From NCBI RefSeq assembly GCF_001194135.2, contig NC_068996.1, positions 36,402,831 to 36,466,830 of the forward strand: DNA of 64,000 nucleotides. Reading direction: 5' to 3'. This document shows, in pieces, positions 62,646 through 64,000 of this stretch. Each line of letters begins with the position of its first letter. The first letter of the stretch is position 1. Below the pieces are notes generated by a model. That model was given only the letters and a program-made list of their open reading frames with translations, was not told the origin of the DNA and did no database searches. This DNA is from Octopus bimaculoides (taxonomy: Eukaryota). A program made the translations under genes and the position numbers.

Positions 62646-62829
62646 GTATATATATATATATATATACACATATTTCTCAGCCATTTGAGTCTGTTGAGTC
62701 GCTTATATGGTTAAGTATTCTGTAGGTGCAAAACCAATGGTCAGTCTATAACCAGCCATGTGTGTGTGTGTGAGAGAAGTTTTGAAAAGGGGGTTTTGAA
62801 AATTTCCTCGCTTTGGGTATAAAAAAAAT

Positions 62830-63000
62830 ACAGTAGGATCAGTTGATTATGATTTTAGTCGACATATTTCCCTCTCAGATTCATACACTTATTGCAGAGG
62901 TCTTTCAGATTTTCTAAGCCCTGTAAAAGGACAAGAAGGCCTCCAACCAGGCCTTTCACGATACCCTTAAAGTCAGGAACTTTTCAGCACACTCTAATAT
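62830..63000 (-). mobile_element. Mariner-derived short element
   Basis: Similar to 13655-13826. Confidence 0.7.
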
Positions 63001-63373
63001 ATTTTACTAGTCTATATACCTACGTGTCTGCTTGCCTTTTTATCAATACCATGAATTTGTCATTGCCCCCCCACCACCACCACCACCACAACCATCGTTG
63101 TTGTTGTTGTCATCATCATCATCACCATCGTCTCCAAGTTGAGGCCAATGATACGTAATAATATTTTGAGGTTTGTGGGTGTTTACCCTTGGGAAATAAA
63201 ATTAAATGATGATAATGAAGACGTACATATGAACATGTTCACACAAACAGCCAACACACACATGCACTCAATTTTGTAGAAGACACCTACTCTGATTGTC
63301 ACACAGTTGGAGTGAACATGAAACTGCATGATTGGGAAACAAGCATCTTAATGACATAAGTATGCTTGTGTCT

Positions 63374-63412
<39 letters not shown>

Positions 63413-63501
63413 CAAAAATAGGATAAAATCTTTATAAGAATTTATCAAGTAGTCAGCGTGAAAGACCTCATAAGGGAAAAAGTTTTAATTATTCCGTTTA
63501 A

Positions 63502-63654
63502 ATATATTTATTTATATTAAGGACATTACTATACATAAAAGCCTCATGCTATGAGAGACTCTTAAAGTCAAAACTACCATAATAAATATGGTAGTTTTGA
63601 CTTTAAGAGTCCCTCATGGTGTGAGGCATTTATGTATAGTAATGCCCTTAATAT

Positions 63655-63666
<12 letters not shown>
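63502..63666. repeat. Long imperfect palindrome (72-bp core arms with 6 mismatches, 5-nt loop, extendable to ~80 bp)
   Basis: atttatattaagg...ctaccata-ataaa-tatggtag...ccttaatataaat. Confidence 0.9.
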
Positions 63667-63685
<19 letters not shown>

Positions 63686-63702
63686 CAAACACGTTCCTTA
63701 TA

Positions 63703-63947
63703 AAAAAGGTAAAGTTACCTTTTTGAGTCATGCCAGCTCATAAGGTTTCATGGCATAGATATTTCCCGCCTGGATGGGATGTTAGTCCATTGTAGGATTA
63801 CTCATCTTTGCCAGCTGAGCGGACTGGAGCAATGTGAAATGAAGTGTTTTTCTCAAGAACAAATCACATAACCCAGTCCAAGAATTGAAACCACAATCTT
63901 ACGATGATGAGTCCAACACCCTAACCACCAAACCACATGCCTCCACA
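63703..63947 (-). mobile_element. tRNA/CORE SINE (family B-related)
   Basis: gagcggactggagcaatgtgaaatgaagtgtttttctcaag...gaattgaaaccacaatc...caccctaaccac. Confidence 0.75.
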
Positions 63948-64000
63948 AAATATATATATATATATACACAGACTATCTATCTATCTATCTATCTATCTAT

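Noticed and set aside
537-63158. Long ORFs in the supplied track (poly-[13 protein letters not shown], poly-K/E/R)
   Set aside because: They are translations of N gaps and microsatellites, not genes.
1-64000. CRISPR arrays, rRNA, operon-like or prokaryotic systems
   Set aside because: None seen; the tandem repeats lack unique spacers and the DNA is clearly eukaryotic.

Overview
Repeat-dense, AT-rich eukaryotic DNA from a fragmented assembly. Roughly a tenth is N gaps, most of them bordered by microsatellites. The SINE families and microsatellite make-up point to a coleoid cephalopod, probably Octopus (inference). Almost every ORF in the supplied track is a microsatellite or gap artefact. The window reads as intronic or intergenic and is packed with tRNA-derived SINEs (three families), RTE, R4/Dong and Tx1 LINE relics, Tc1/mariner relics, a nested Buster-type hAT relic, hAT and piggyBac-like MITEs, and Penelope-like element (PLE) ends. 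Three things stand out. (1) A 138-bp near-perfect palindrome (62432-62569) whose minus strand folds into a complete minimal type I hammerhead ribozyme. Decayed copies of the same family lie at about 8.45 kb and 20.7 kb, and a second long palindrome lies at 63.5 kb. (2) A chain of minus-strand candidate microexons and short exons (11, 26, 27, 18, 34, 72 nt) over 20 kb that splice into one open 62-aa peptide I cannot assign to a gene, plus a 129-nt cassette whose inclusion would create a stop codon at the junction. (3) An unassigned, coding-like 0.9-kb relic at 29.6-30.4 kb. Exon calls rest on splice-site reading by eye and need RNA-seq. Repeat boundaries are approximate unless TIRs or TSDs are given.
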